This document shows positions 44,655 to 56,300 of a stretch of 64,000 bases of DNA, piece by piece. The first letter of the stretch is position 1; every line of letters begins with the position of its first letter. A program made the translations under genes and the position numbers. A model generated the notes under the pieces. It saw only the letters and a list, made by a program, of their open reading frames with translations. It was not told the DNA's origin and did no database searches. Where the stretch lies: positions 341,017-405,016 of IMG/VR virus record IMGVR_UViG_3300027899_000001; one strand, given 5' to 3'.

Positions 44655-45177
44655 GTCTAGTATGAATATCACTTATACAATCGCAAACATCTAAAATATC
44701 GTCTCTTGTAAATTCACCAGGATTTTGTGCGCAATAAATTACTCCACTAAGACTGACATGACCTGGCATCTTTTTTCTTGGAGGATGTACTATTTCTGGA
44801 AAATATTTTAATGATGATATTTTATTGTCTTGAAAAGAAAAATATCCATATATTTCTCTTGGACATCCTTTTAATGATGTCATATCATTACCCATTATAT
44901 TAAATTCACCATCTATCACTCCAAATTTTATATAATAGGGGAAATTTCCTAAATGCTGATTACGTAAATCTACACTACCATATACATCTATAGTTCCATC
45001 TATATTGAATGTATATTGATTTTCTGTGAAACCGTGTCTTTCAAAAAATGCAGTATTTTTACCTATGTATTTATCTAACCATCTTTTTTGAATAGTTTTT
45101 AATCCAATTCCTAAATCATGAATTGGATCGCTTTCTTCTGAAAACCTTTCAGTAATATATTCTCGTACTAATTTCAA
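44641..45177 (-). CDS. EKF-SDP-MGIG leader family protein with LRR-like body
   Basis: TTG start overlapping the upstream TGA; KLVREYITERFSEESDPIHDLGIG; MTSLKGCP and ISSLKYFP repeats. Confidence 0.75.
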   Translation of the reverse strand: MKLVREYITERFSEESDPIHDLGIGLKTIQKRWLDKYIGKNTAFFERHGFTENQYTFNIDGTIDVYGSVDLRNQHLGNFPYYIKFGVIDGEFNIMGNDMTSLKGCPREIYGYFSFQDNKISSLKYFPEIVHPPRKKMPGHVSLSGVIYCAQNPGEFTRDDILDVCDCISDIHTRPKGY

Positions 45178-45611
45178 GTTTTTTCTATAATTTTGAAGTA
45201 TTCTGCCCAAGTAGAATACTTTTCGTCGCTATATAATATCGCTAATCCTAAATAATTTTTTTCTAAATTATAGCCTTTTTTTATTTCTTTTTTACAATAA
45301 TTAAAAAACTCATTATCTCCAAAAAATGCTATATATAATTCTAGTGATTTAGAATGTTTTTTACTTTTAACAACTACTCCTTTTATATCTTCTTTTGCCC
45401 ACGGAAGGAAATTTTTTCCAAGAGTATCAGATGGTGAAAAATACATTTTTTTAAGATTTGAGGGTGTATCTGCATTATAAAAATCTTTTTTAACTTTTAT
45501 TGTATCTCCCCTTTTAATATTGCCGAATCCCATCGTTCCTATACCCATATCAGCAATAGGGTCGCTTTCTTCTGTAAATTTCTCGTTAATATTTTCTCGT
45601 ACTATGCGCAT
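45174..45611 (-). CDS. EKF-SDP-MGIG leader family protein
   Basis: MRIVRENINEKFTEESDPIADMGIG. Confidence 0.8.
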   Translation of the reverse strand: MRIVRENINEKFTEESDPIADMGIGTMGFGNIKRGDTIKVKKDFYNADTPSNLKKMYFSPSDTLGKNFLPWAKEDIKGVVVKSKKHSKSLELYIAFFGDNEFFNYCKKEIKKGYNLEKNYLGLAILYSDEKYSTWAEYFKIIEKT

Positions 45612-45673
45612 CTTCTTTTTTATTTTATTTATTCCAGATTAGAATGAATAAATAAATAAAATAAATCGCGAAT

Positions 45674-48600
45674 ATGCAATTTTCAAATTTCTCTAGATTA
45701 GATGAAGGATTAGCAATCACATTATATAACACGGTTCCTATTGAAAATGTAGGAACTCTTAAGTATTTTACAGATAATTCGCAAGGTACTTTTACAAAAA
45801 AAGAATTTTGTTGGTCATTTAATAATGAGTATTGGTCTGCATGGGAAACACTTACTCAAAATGGTATATCTTCAATAAACACATATGGCAATTATTATTT
45901 ATTTGTAAAAATTAGATATACATTAAGTTCTGCTGGTTCGGGAACAGTTAGCACATTTAATCTTAATTATCTTAATGGAAGTGCAACTTCTACATCTCCT
46001 GCATATTTTCACGGTGATATTGAATCACGAGATACATCTGCAGTTATTATTCATGATATTATACAATCGTTTGATGTAATTCCAATTGTTGATGCATGCA
46101 CATTAAGTGGATATGTAGGTAATTATTATTTAGATAGATCACACCATAAAGGTCAACAGCCTATTACTTCTATTACGGGATTACAAAGCGCTTTGAATAC
46201 TATAACAACTACTCAGGGAATACAAGGTATTCAGGGAATAATAGGAACTCAAGGAATTGAAGGGTTACAGGGAATTCAGGGTATTCAAGGAATAGGAACA
46301 CCTGGAACTCAAGGTTCTCAAGGAACTCAGGGAACACAAGGAACTCAGGGAGCACAAGGCGCTCAAGGAACTCAGGGAACACAAGGAACTCAGGGAAGAC
46401 AAGGTATTCAGGGTTCTCAGGGGACCCAAGGAACTCAAGGAACACAGGGTACTCAAGGAACTCAAGGTGCTCAAGGAATACAGGGAACACAAGGAACACA
46501 AGGTACTCAGGGAATTCAAGGAACACAAGGAACACAAGGGACTCAGGGAACACAAGGCACTCAAGGAATTCAAGGAATTCAAGGAATTCAAGGAATGTAC
46601 GGAATTCAAGGAATACAAGGAATATCTTTTAGCGATGCATCTTTATCACTTTATGTTCCTTATACTGGAGCAACTCAAGATTTATCATTAAATAATCATT
46701 CTATAAAATCAATCGATGCAATTATATTTAATCAAAATATAACTATGCCTCGTCAAAATGGACAATTATTTTATGATACATCAAATTATACTCTTGGACT
46801 TCATACAGCTGATGATGTAACACTTCAACTTGGTCAAGAACAAGTAATGGTAGTACATAATGATACAGGAAACACTATTTATAATGGTGAAGTAGTTTAT
46901 ATTACAGGCACATATAATGTTGATATTCCTAATGTTGATTTAGCTAAAGCTGATATATTCAGTACCGCTGCTGCTATTGGTGTTGCAACACAAAATATTA
47001 ATCCAGGAGCAATAGGATTAATAACAACTAATGGCATTGTACATGATGTAAGTACTGGAGGATATACACCAGGACAATTTTTATATTTATCAGATATAAG
47101 TGCTGGAGGTCTTACGCCAACAGCCGTTATATCACCGAGTATATGGGTAAGAGTTGCTAAAGTTATACAAGCAAGTGATACTGCTGGTTCTATATTAGTT
47201 TATGTACAAATAGGAAGATCAATTACAACATTATATGATGTTGGAATAATTAATCCTCAATTAGATGAAACTCTAAAATGGAATGGAAGCAGATGGATAA
47301 ATTCTACAGGATCTACTGTATCTGCAGGTGCAGGTGTAATTTATTTTTTATCTGATGAAATTTCTGATATATCTACATATGAATCTGCATCTCACGTTCC
47401 TTCTGCTAATCCTGAAGTAATAGAATATAAAGTAATTAATTCTAGTACGCATTTAGTAATTGATAATTATGCATCAGAACCTAGTAGTGGTTTAGGAATA
47501 TCTTTAATAGATGGAGGAATATGGGAATTTAATACATTTGCATCTGTTGCAGATTCATTATCAGCAACATCAGAAATAAAAACATTTGTATATAAAAGAG
47601 ATTATTTAGGCGTTGAAACTTCTTTATTTAGTGTAACAACTGGAGATATAAATTCAGAAACTGTAATGCTTTATACGACTACAAGTGTACAGCCATCATT
47701 TGTAGTTAACTCAAGTGATAGACTTATATTTAGATATGAAGCATGGACTGATTCTTCTATTGATGTTTCAATTAATCTTTATCATTGTGGAAATACTAAT
47801 TATACTCATATACATACACCACTTGCAACACGTCATAATGATTTGGCAGGATTACAGGGGGGATTACCTGATCAATTTTTTCATGTTAATAGAGCACAAC
47901 TTACTGTAATAGAAAATACCTCTGGAGTTAATACAGGAAATCAAGATCTTAGCCCTTATGCTGTTACAGTAAATGTTAATTCATCAATAAACGATGTTAG
48001 ATCAACTTATATACCAGATTCATCTTTGGGCAATGAATCATTTTATTATGATGTATCTAATTATTTACAATCAAGTGCGGGTTCAGGCGTAGGTATTGTT
48101 GGAAAATGGAAATACGAAAATATAATATCTGATGCTGATCCCGGAACAGGATATTTTAGATTAAATAATGCAGATCCTTCATTAGCAACATATGCATATA
48201 TAAATAATTTTAATTTAGGTGGTGCAGATGTAAAAAATATATTATTAAAACTTAAAGTTGGTGACAATTTTTATGTTCAAAAATTACCAGATTCTGCTGA
48301 ATATGCTACATATGTATTAACTGCTGATGCTTCAAGTGCAACAAGTTATATAAAATTAGCTGTTAATTCTATTAATTCATCAGGCTCATCTTTTAGTGAT
48401 AAAAAGGAATTTGGTTTTATATTTTTATTTACAAGTTCGACAGTAGGAGCTCAAGGGATTCAAGGTGTACAAGGAACTCAAGGAACACAGGGTACTCAAG
48501 GGACTCAAGGAACTCAAGGTGTTCAAGGGACTCAGGGAACTCAGGGAATTCAAGGTACAGATGGAATTCAAGGTATTCAAGGTACTCAAGGAACACAAGG

Positions 48601-49561
48601 AACACAGGGAACTCAAGGAATTCAAGGTATAGATGGAATTCAAGGTATTCAAGGTACTCAAGGGATTCAAGGTGCCCAAGGAACTCAAGGCGCTCAAGGT
48701 ATAGATGGAATTCAAGGTGTTCAAGGTACTCAAGGAACACAGGGAACTCAAGGTACTCAAGGAACACAGGGAACTCAAGGAATTCAAGGTATAGATGGAA
48801 TTCAAGGTATTCAAGGTACTCAAGGGACGCAAGGTGTCCAAGGAACACAGGGAACTCAAGGAACACAAGGTGCTCAAGGAACGCAAGGAACGCAGGGAAT
48901 TCAAGGAGTTCAAGGAGTTCAAGGAGTTCAAGGAGTTCAGGGAAGACAAGGAACTCAGGGTACACAAGGAACTCAAGGTGTTCAAGGAAGACAAGGAATT
49001 CAAGGAATACAAGGATTAGATGGATTATATGCTGCTCAAGGAGTTCAAGGTACTCAAGGAATTCAAGGTCCTTCAGATGGTGCACAAGGTACTCAAGGAA
49101 TTCAAGGAATTCAAGGTATTCAAGGTGTTCAAGGTGTTCAAGGTGTTCAAGGTGTTCAAGGAAGACAAGGAACTCAAGGAACTCAAGGAAGACAAGGAGC
49201 TACATCAGATGCACGTGTTAAAAAGAATGTTCGTCCATACGTTGATGGTATTAATATAATAGACCAAATAGAACCTGTTATATATCAATGGAATGGTTTA
49301 TTTGGAACTCCAACAGATGATAAAGATGTTGTAGGAGTAATTGGAAATGACCTTGAAAGAATACTTCCTACTGCAGTTTATAGAATTAAAGGAAAATTAG
49401 TTGAAGATGGTGTTGAATCTGAAGTAGTTCAAATTGATTATCAACCAGTTATTTTAGCTCTAGTAAATGCAGTAAAAGAATTAAGTAAAAAAGTATATAA
49501 TCTTGAAAAAGAAATGAGACTTTCAAAAGGAGCTCAAGGTGTACAGGATTTATTAAAATAA
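45674..49561 (+). CDS. Collagen-like tail fibre with C-terminal intramolecular chaperone (peptidase S74-like)
   Basis: Two (G-X-Q)n tracts; SDARVKKNV...P.IYQWN...GVIG.DLE.ILP.AV...LVNAVKEL chaperone signature. Confidence 0.88.
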   Translation: MQFSNFSRLDEGLAITLYNTVPIENVGTLKYFTDNSQGTFTKKEFCWSFNNEYWSAWETLTQNGISSINTYGNYYLFVKIRYTLSSAGSGTVSTFNLNYLNGSATSTSPAYFHGDIESRDTSAVIIHDIIQSFDVIPIVDACTLSGYVGNYYLDRSHHKGQQPITSITGLQSALNTITTTQGIQGIQGIIGTQGIEGLQGIQGIQGIGTPGTQGSQGTQGTQGTQGAQGAQGTQGTQGTQGRQGIQGSQGTQGTQGTQGTQGTQGAQGIQGTQGTQGTQGIQGTQGTQGTQGTQGTQGIQGIQGIQGMYGIQGIQGISFSDASLSLYVPYTGATQDLSLNNHSIKSIDAIIFNQNITMPRQNGQLFYDTSNYTLGLHTADDVTLQLGQEQVMVVHNDTGNTIYNGEVVYITGTYNVDIPNVDLAKADIFSTAAAIGVATQNINPGAIGLITTNGIVHDVSTGGYTPGQFLYLSDISAGGLTPTAVISPSIWVRVAKVIQASDTAGSILVYVQIGRSITTLYDVGIINPQLDETLKWNGSRWINSTGSTVSAGAGVIYFLSDEISDISTYESASHVPSANPEVIEYKVINSSTHLVIDNYASEPSSGLGISLIDGGIWEFNTFASVADSLSATSEIKTFVYKRDYLGVETSLFSVTTGDINSETVMLYTTTSVQPSFVVNSSDRLIFRYEAWTDSSIDVSINLYHCGNTNYTHIHTPLATRHNDLAGLQGGLPDQFFHVNRAQLTVIENTSGVNTGNQDLSPYAVTVNVNSSINDVRSTYIPDSSLGNESFYYDVSNYLQSSAGSGVGIVGKWKYENIISDADPGTGYFRLNNADPSLATYAYINNFNLGGADVKNILLKLKVGDNFYVQKLPDSAEYATYVLTADASSATSYIKLAVNSINSSGSSFSDKKEFGFIFLFTSSTVGAQGIQGVQGTQGTQGTQGTQGTQGVQGTQGTQGIQGTDGIQGIQGTQGTQGTQGTQGIQGIDGIQGIQGTQGIQGAQGTQGAQGIDGIQGVQGTQGTQGTQGTQGTQGTQGIQGIDGIQGIQGTQGTQGVQGTQGTQGTQGAQGTQGTQGIQGVQGVQGVQGVQGRQGTQGTQGTQGVQGRQGIQGIQGLDGLYAAQGVQGTQGIQGPSDGAQGTQGIQGIQGIQGVQGVQGVQGVQGRQGTQGTQGRQGATSDARVKKNVRPYVDGINIIDQIEPVIYQWNGLFGTPTDDKDVVGVIGNDLERILPTAVYRIKGKLVEDGVESEVVQIDYQPVILALVNAVKELSKKVYNLEKEMRLSKGAQGVQDLLK

Positions 49562-49570
49562 ATAAAAACT

Positions 49571-49846
49571 ATGAAATTATTCGGAAAAGAAATTGGAAGA
49601 GATAAACTATTACATTTTGTTTCAGGATTTATTCTTGGAATATTAGGAATATGCATAACATTAATATTTACTTCAAAAATAATTTTATTAACTTTTTTTG
49701 GTATAGCTCTTCCAACATTTGTAGGAATATTAAAAGAGTTACGTGATAGTTATGGAGCAGGACAAGTAGAAATGCTAGATGCTGCATTTACTATATTTGG
49801 AGGTATGTTAGCGACCATATTGATTTTATTATTTATTTTATTATAA
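49571..49846 (+). CDS. Small membrane protein (DKLLHF motif)
   Basis: DKLLHF...GILKELRD...D...T..GG with TM segments. Confidence 0.7.
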   Translation: MKLFGKEIGRDKLLHFVSGFILGILGICITLIFTSKIILLTFFGIALPTFVGILKELRDSYGAGQVEMLDAAFTIFGGMLATILILLFILL

Positions 49847-49902
49847 GAAATTTTAATATCATGCGAGAGAAAATATAAATATTGATAAATATAATAAAAA
49901 CT

Positions 49903-50334
49903 ATGTGTTTATTTAGAAGCAGTTCAAGTTCACAAGGAGCACAAGGTCGTCAAGGTGCGCAGGGCACACAAGGTATACAAGGAATTCAAGGTATTAAAGG
50001 TGCTCAGGGAATTTCGGGAATTTCAGGAACTACTGGCTTACAAGGTATTCAAGGATCGATTGGAGACGGTGTTACAAAATTATACGTTGACGGTTCATTG
50101 AATTCAAGAGATGCTTCAATAAATAGTATTTTTAATATCATAAATAATAAACTTGATGCAACTTCTATATTTTATACAAAAATACAATCAGATTCTTTAT
50201 ATTATAAAATAGTTGCAAAGCCACTTAGTTCAACTTCTCCGGGACTTGTTGGATATATAGCTTTTGATTCAAGTTATTTATATGCATGCGTATCAACAAA
50301 TAAGTGGACAAGAACAGTAATGTCTGCTTGGTAA
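49903..50334 (+). CDS. Short collagen-like virion protein
   Basis: G-X-Q tract; C-terminal P.SS.SPG..G.IAFD..YLY.C...NKW.R fibre-type domain; start reassigned to ATG 49903. Confidence 0.75.
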   Translation: MCLFRSSSSSQGAQGRQGAQGTQGIQGIQGIKGAQGISGISGTTGLQGIQGSIGDGVTKLYVDGSLNSRDASINSIFNIINNKLDATSIFYTKIQSDSLYYKIVAKPLSSTSPGLVGYIAFDSSYLYACVSTNKWTRTVMSAW

Positions 50335-50381
50335 AATAAAATAAATTCAAAAGTTATACTTTTAAGGACGAGACAATCTAT

Positions 50382-53300
50382 ATGAAATCAATAATACTAA
50401 GATATTTAGGAAAGATATTAAGATTTGCCAATAAAGTTTTTAGAGTTCCTCATTATAATCTTGTTTTAGAATTTGTAACTAATGCTGGAATTGGTCAGAC
50501 ATTTGATGCATCAATAGGAGTAATACCAGACATTATTCTTAAATGGGATTTGGGTGATGCATCAACAGTTTTTGCAAATTCTGTAAATCATAATTATACG
50601 TATAATGGAAATAAAACTGTCAAAGTATATTCAGACAATGTAAATGATATCACTGCTATAATACAACGTGTAGGGGGTACTAGTGGTACATTTATAACAG
50701 GAACTTTAGATATATCCGCACTTACTAATTTAAATTCTTTATTTATATATGAAGCAAGTTTGAATAAAATACTTAATCCAGTTTCATCGCAAGTATTTAG
50801 ATATTATAGTATATTGGATTCTGGTTTAACTGGAACTTTAGATGTTTCAGGACTTACAGGATTAGGTGGAGATTTTGAAGTTTATAATAATCCAAATCTT
50901 ACACAGATACTTAATCCAGATTCATCTCAAGTATTTACGTCTTATTATGCATATGATTGTAATTTGACTGGAATTTTAGATATTTCAGGACTTACCGGAT
51001 TAGGTGGAGATTTTGAAGTTTATAATAATCCAAATCTTACACAGATACTTAATCCGGATTCGTCTCAAGTATTTGAATATTATTTTGCATATGATTGTAA
51101 TTTAACTAGAACATTAGATTTAAGAGGACTTATAGGATTAGGTGGACAGTTTGATGTTGCGCCAAGTCCGAATCTTATTGAAATACTTAATCCAGATTCA
51201 TCTCAATTATTTACAGGATATTATGCATATGATTGTAGTCTTAATGGAACTTTAGACTTAAGAGGACTTACAGGATTAGGTGGAGATTTTCAAGTTAATA
51301 ATAATCCAAATCTTACACACATACTTAATCCAGATTCATCTCAAGTATTTGTTGGTTATTATGCATATCAATGTAATTTAACAGATACTTTGGATCTTCG
51401 AGGACTTACAGGATTGGGCGGATATTTTGGTGTTGATAATAATCCAAATCTTACACAGATACTTAATCCAAATTCATCTCAAGTATTTTATTGGTATATG
51501 GCATATGATTGTGATTTAACTGGAACTTTAGATGTATCAGGACTTACAGGATTAAGTGGAGATTTTCAAGTTAATAATAATCCAAATCTTACACAAATAT
51601 TTAATCCAACTTCTTCTCAAATATTTAATACTTATTATGCATATGATTGCAGTCTTAATGGAACTTTAGATGTTTCGGGACTTACGGGATTGTGTGGACG
51701 ATTTCACGTTTACAATAATCGTAATTTAACTCAAATACTTAATCCAGATTCATCTCAAGTATTTACACGATATTGGGCATATCAGTGTAACTTAACTGGA
51801 ACTTTAGATTTACGAGGACTTACAGGATTAGGTGGAGATTTTGAAGTTTTTGATAATCCAAATCTTACGCAGATACTTAATCCGGATTCATCTCAATTAT
51901 TTACGTGGTATGTAGCATGCAATTGTAACCTAACTGGAACTCTAGATGTATCGTCTTTAAGTGGTTTAGGTGGTTGGTATCATAGATTTGATATTCATAA
52001 TAATCCAAATTTAACATCTATATTATTGCCTACAGCAAGTTTAGAATTTGTATATTTTCATGCTTATGATTGTTCTTTAGATTTATTTACAGTTAATGAT
52101 ATATTTGCTAAATTAAATACATGGTATAGCAGTAACACTCCAACGTATTCATTGTATGTAAATCTAAGCGGCGGCAAAAACATGCCGCCTACAGGAAGCT
52201 ATTCTAATTCTGATATAGTTAGCTTATATTCTATATTTGCGGGTGCTGGACAGACTCTTGAAATAATTATAAATCAAGAAGAATTTATAACTAAGTGGAA
52301 GACAGACAATGATGGCTCAACAAACTCGACATCTATAGGTATTCCAACTACAGGTTCGGGATATGACTGCAGTATCTTTTGGGGTGATGGCAGTATAGGT
52401 AGTTATACTGGGTCACCCGAATTAATAACTCATGATTATGGAGAAGCTAGTACATACACAGTTAAAATCTCGGGAACATTTCCAAGGATATTCTTTAATT
52501 ATGAAAATGACTGTCTGAAGTTAGTGGAATTAGTAAACTGGGGTGTAGGTGAGTGGGACTCAATGGAAGCAGCATTTGCTGGATGCGAGAACATGGTCGC
52601 AACTTACGTAGATGTGCCAAGAACATCGAGCGTAACTAATATGGTAGCGATGTTTGATAGTTGTTATTTATTTAATGGAAAAGTAGATTTTGATACATCT
52701 AATGTAACAAATATGGATGGCATTCTTTCTTCATGTTATCTATTTAATCAATCAGTATCAAAATTTAATACATTAAATGTAACAAATATGTTTATGATGT
52801 TTAATTATTGTTTTGCATTTAATCAATTAGTTTCAAATTTTGACACATCTAATGTAACTAATATGGCAGCGATGTTTAATAGTTGTTATTTATTTAATCA
52901 ATCTGTTTCCAATTTTGATACATCAAAAGTAACACGCATGGATTATATGTTTGCTTATTGTTTTGCATTTAATCAATTAGTTTCAAATTTTGACACATCT
53001 AATGTAACAAATATGGATGGCATTCTTTCTTCATGTTATCTATTTAATCAATCTGTTTCCAATTTTGATACATCAAAAGTAACACGCATGGATTATATGT
53101 TTGCTGGTTGTTATGTATTTAATCAATCACTTGTTAATTTTGATACATCGAAAGTAATAGATATGCAATATATGTTTTATGATGCTTCTTCATTTAATCA
53201 ATCATTGGCTACTTTCAATGTTCAAGATGTGTCTTACATGGATGATATGCTCAATGGCGCTAATGCATGGTCCACACCTAACTATGACTCTACACTTATT

Positions 53301-56300
53301 GCTTGGGCAGGTGAAACAAGTACTTATACTGATAATTTTGAATCGTATGCAGTAGACACATCACTTGCAGGAAATAGCAGATGGTTTGAATTGGATAATT
53401 GGTTATCTCCTATGATTAGAGATGTTAGTTCTAATAAAGTAATATCATTTGAAGAAGATTGGCGCATTTCAGGTATAGATGTATCATCTAAAGATATTGC
53501 TGTTAGCTTTAAGTTTATATCAACATACACAGAAGAAACTACATATTTTATGATTTCTATATTTGGTAATATTGAATATACATCTGCAGGGATATGGTTA
53601 GTTTGGGCAAATGATGGTGTGTATGTTTATTTTAGAATGTTCGGAGAGTCAGCAGCATATGGACAGTTATTAAGAACTATTCCATATAATAATGGTGATA
53701 TTGTAACTATCACTAAAAATGGTAGTTATGTTAATTTTTATTGTAATGGCGTAATTGATTCTTCTTTTGGTCAACATAGCCTGCATCCTGAGTGGGGAGA
53801 TAAAGGAGAATACATTATATCTAACATAGATACTAGTAATGGAGTAATATGGATTGAAGGAACAGAAAATGCTGGGCATAGTTTTCAAGTTGATGATTTT
53901 TCTATAATTGCAACAAATCTTCAACCCAATGTTAACTTTCATGCTGGAGATGCTATGTATACTTGGGGAGCTCCAACAGTTTCAAGAGGAATTTTGACAA
54001 GCCCTCCTAACAATTGGACAATTACAGATGGTGGTCAATTACCAATTTTTCAATTTGTGACTAATGCATCAACTGATATATTTGACCCATCTATTGGAGT
54101 TTCTGCAGGAACTTTAGTATGGGATTTAGATGATGCATCTTCAGCCGTAGTTGCAAATAGTTTAGAACATACATATACAAGTGCAGGAAATAAAACCGTG
54201 ACAATATATGCAGGAAGTGTTAGTGAGTATAGCAGTATTACTTCCATAGAAATAAATACAGATAATATAGTAGGAGTTTTAGATATTTCATCATTTTATA
54301 ATTTAGGAAGTTGGTTTACTGCTAGTCGTAATTCACTTCTTACACATATACTTAATCCAGATTCATCTCAGGTATTTGATATAGGATATGCTGCATATGG
54401 TTGTGATTTAACGGGAACTTTAGATGTATCAGGACTTACAGGATTAGGTGGATATTTTGATGTTGATAGTAATTCAAATCTAACTCAGATACTTAATCCC
54501 TTTTCATCACAAGTGTTTACATATTATTATGCGTATAGTTGTGATTTAACTGGAACTTTAGATTTACAAGGACTTACAGGATTAGGCGGAGAGTTTCAAG
54601 TTTTTAATAATTCAAATTTAACTTCTATACTTAATCCAGATTCATCTCAAATATTTGATGGATATTCAGCAAGAGATTGTAGTTTAGCCGGAACTTTAGA
54701 CTTAAGAAGTTTAACAAATTTAGGTGGACTTACTCAATGGATTGAATTCGAAAAGAATTCTAATCTTACACAGATACTTTTTCCGAATTCGCCTCAACCT
54801 ATTAAAGAAGGATTAAGTGCTTGGAATTGTAATCTAACTGGAACACTAGACATATCAGGACTTACGGGATTAGGTGGATGGTTTTCTGTTAGTTCTAATC
54901 CAAATCTAACTCAGATACTTAATCCAGTTTCATTTCAAATCTTCACCTGGTATTCTGCACGTAATTGTAATTTAACTGGAACATTAGATTTAACAGGACT
55001 TACGGGATTAGGAGGAGTTTTTCACGCTGATAGTAATTCAAATCTTACACAAATACTTAACCCCGATTCATCTCAAATATTTAATACTTATTTTGCATAT
55101 AATTGTAATTTAACTGGAACTTTAGATGTATCAGGACTTACAGGATTAAGTGGAGATTTTCAAGTTAATAATAATCCAAATCTTACACAAATACTTAATC
55201 CAGATTCATCTCAAGTATTTATATATTATTATGCATATAATTGTAGCTTATCAGGAACTTTAGATGTATCTGGACTTACAAGTTTAGGCGGAGAATTTGA
55301 TGTCTATAATAATCCAAATCTTATACAGATATTATTTCCAGATTCATCTCAAGTATTTACAGATTTTGCATTAAGTTCTAATAATCTAACTGGAACCTTA
55401 GATTTAACAGGGCTTACAGGTTTTTGTAAATGGTTTTATGCGCATAATAATCCAAATCTTATACAAATACTTAATCCAGATTCATCACAAATATTTGAAA
55501 TTTATTGGGCACATGATTGTAATTTAACAGGAATATTAGATGTTTCATCACTTACTGGATTAGGGGGAGATTTTAAAATTTATAACAATTCAAATCTTAC
55601 TTCAATATTATTACCAACAATAAATCAAGAATTTACAACATTTAATGCTAATAACTGTGCTCTAGATGCATCTGCTGTCGATGATATTTTATATAAACTT
55701 GATACTTGGTATTCTAGTAATCCGCCAACAACTACTTTAACACTTAATCTTGCTGATGGTAATAACATGTCACCTACAGATGGAAGTTCTAATGCAAATC
55801 TGATTCACTTACAATCTGTGTTTACAAGTGCTGGAAAAACTTTAAATGCAAGTATAAACGATTATATATTTAAGCTTGTAACAGATGCTTCATCAAGAGC
55901 ATTTGACCCAACAATAACTACTTCTGCTGGAACTCTTCACTGGGATTTAGGAGATGGTTATATAATAGATTCAAATAATTTTAGTTATAATTATACATTA
56001 CCTGGAAATAAAACTGTTAAAGTGTATAAAGGAACAACTAACGGAAGATCTGGTATTACACAAATAATACTTGACGAGGATAATTTAATTGGAACTTTAG
56101 ATTTAAGAGGACTTACAAAATTACAGGGATATTTTACTGTTGCTTATAATTCAAATCTCACACGGATACTTAATCCAGTTTCATCAGAAGTATTTACTAC
56201 TTATCATGCGTATTTTTCTAATTTAACTGGAACGTTGGATGTTTCAGGACTTACAGGATTAGGAGGATATTTTAATGTTGGAATTAACCCAAATCTTACA

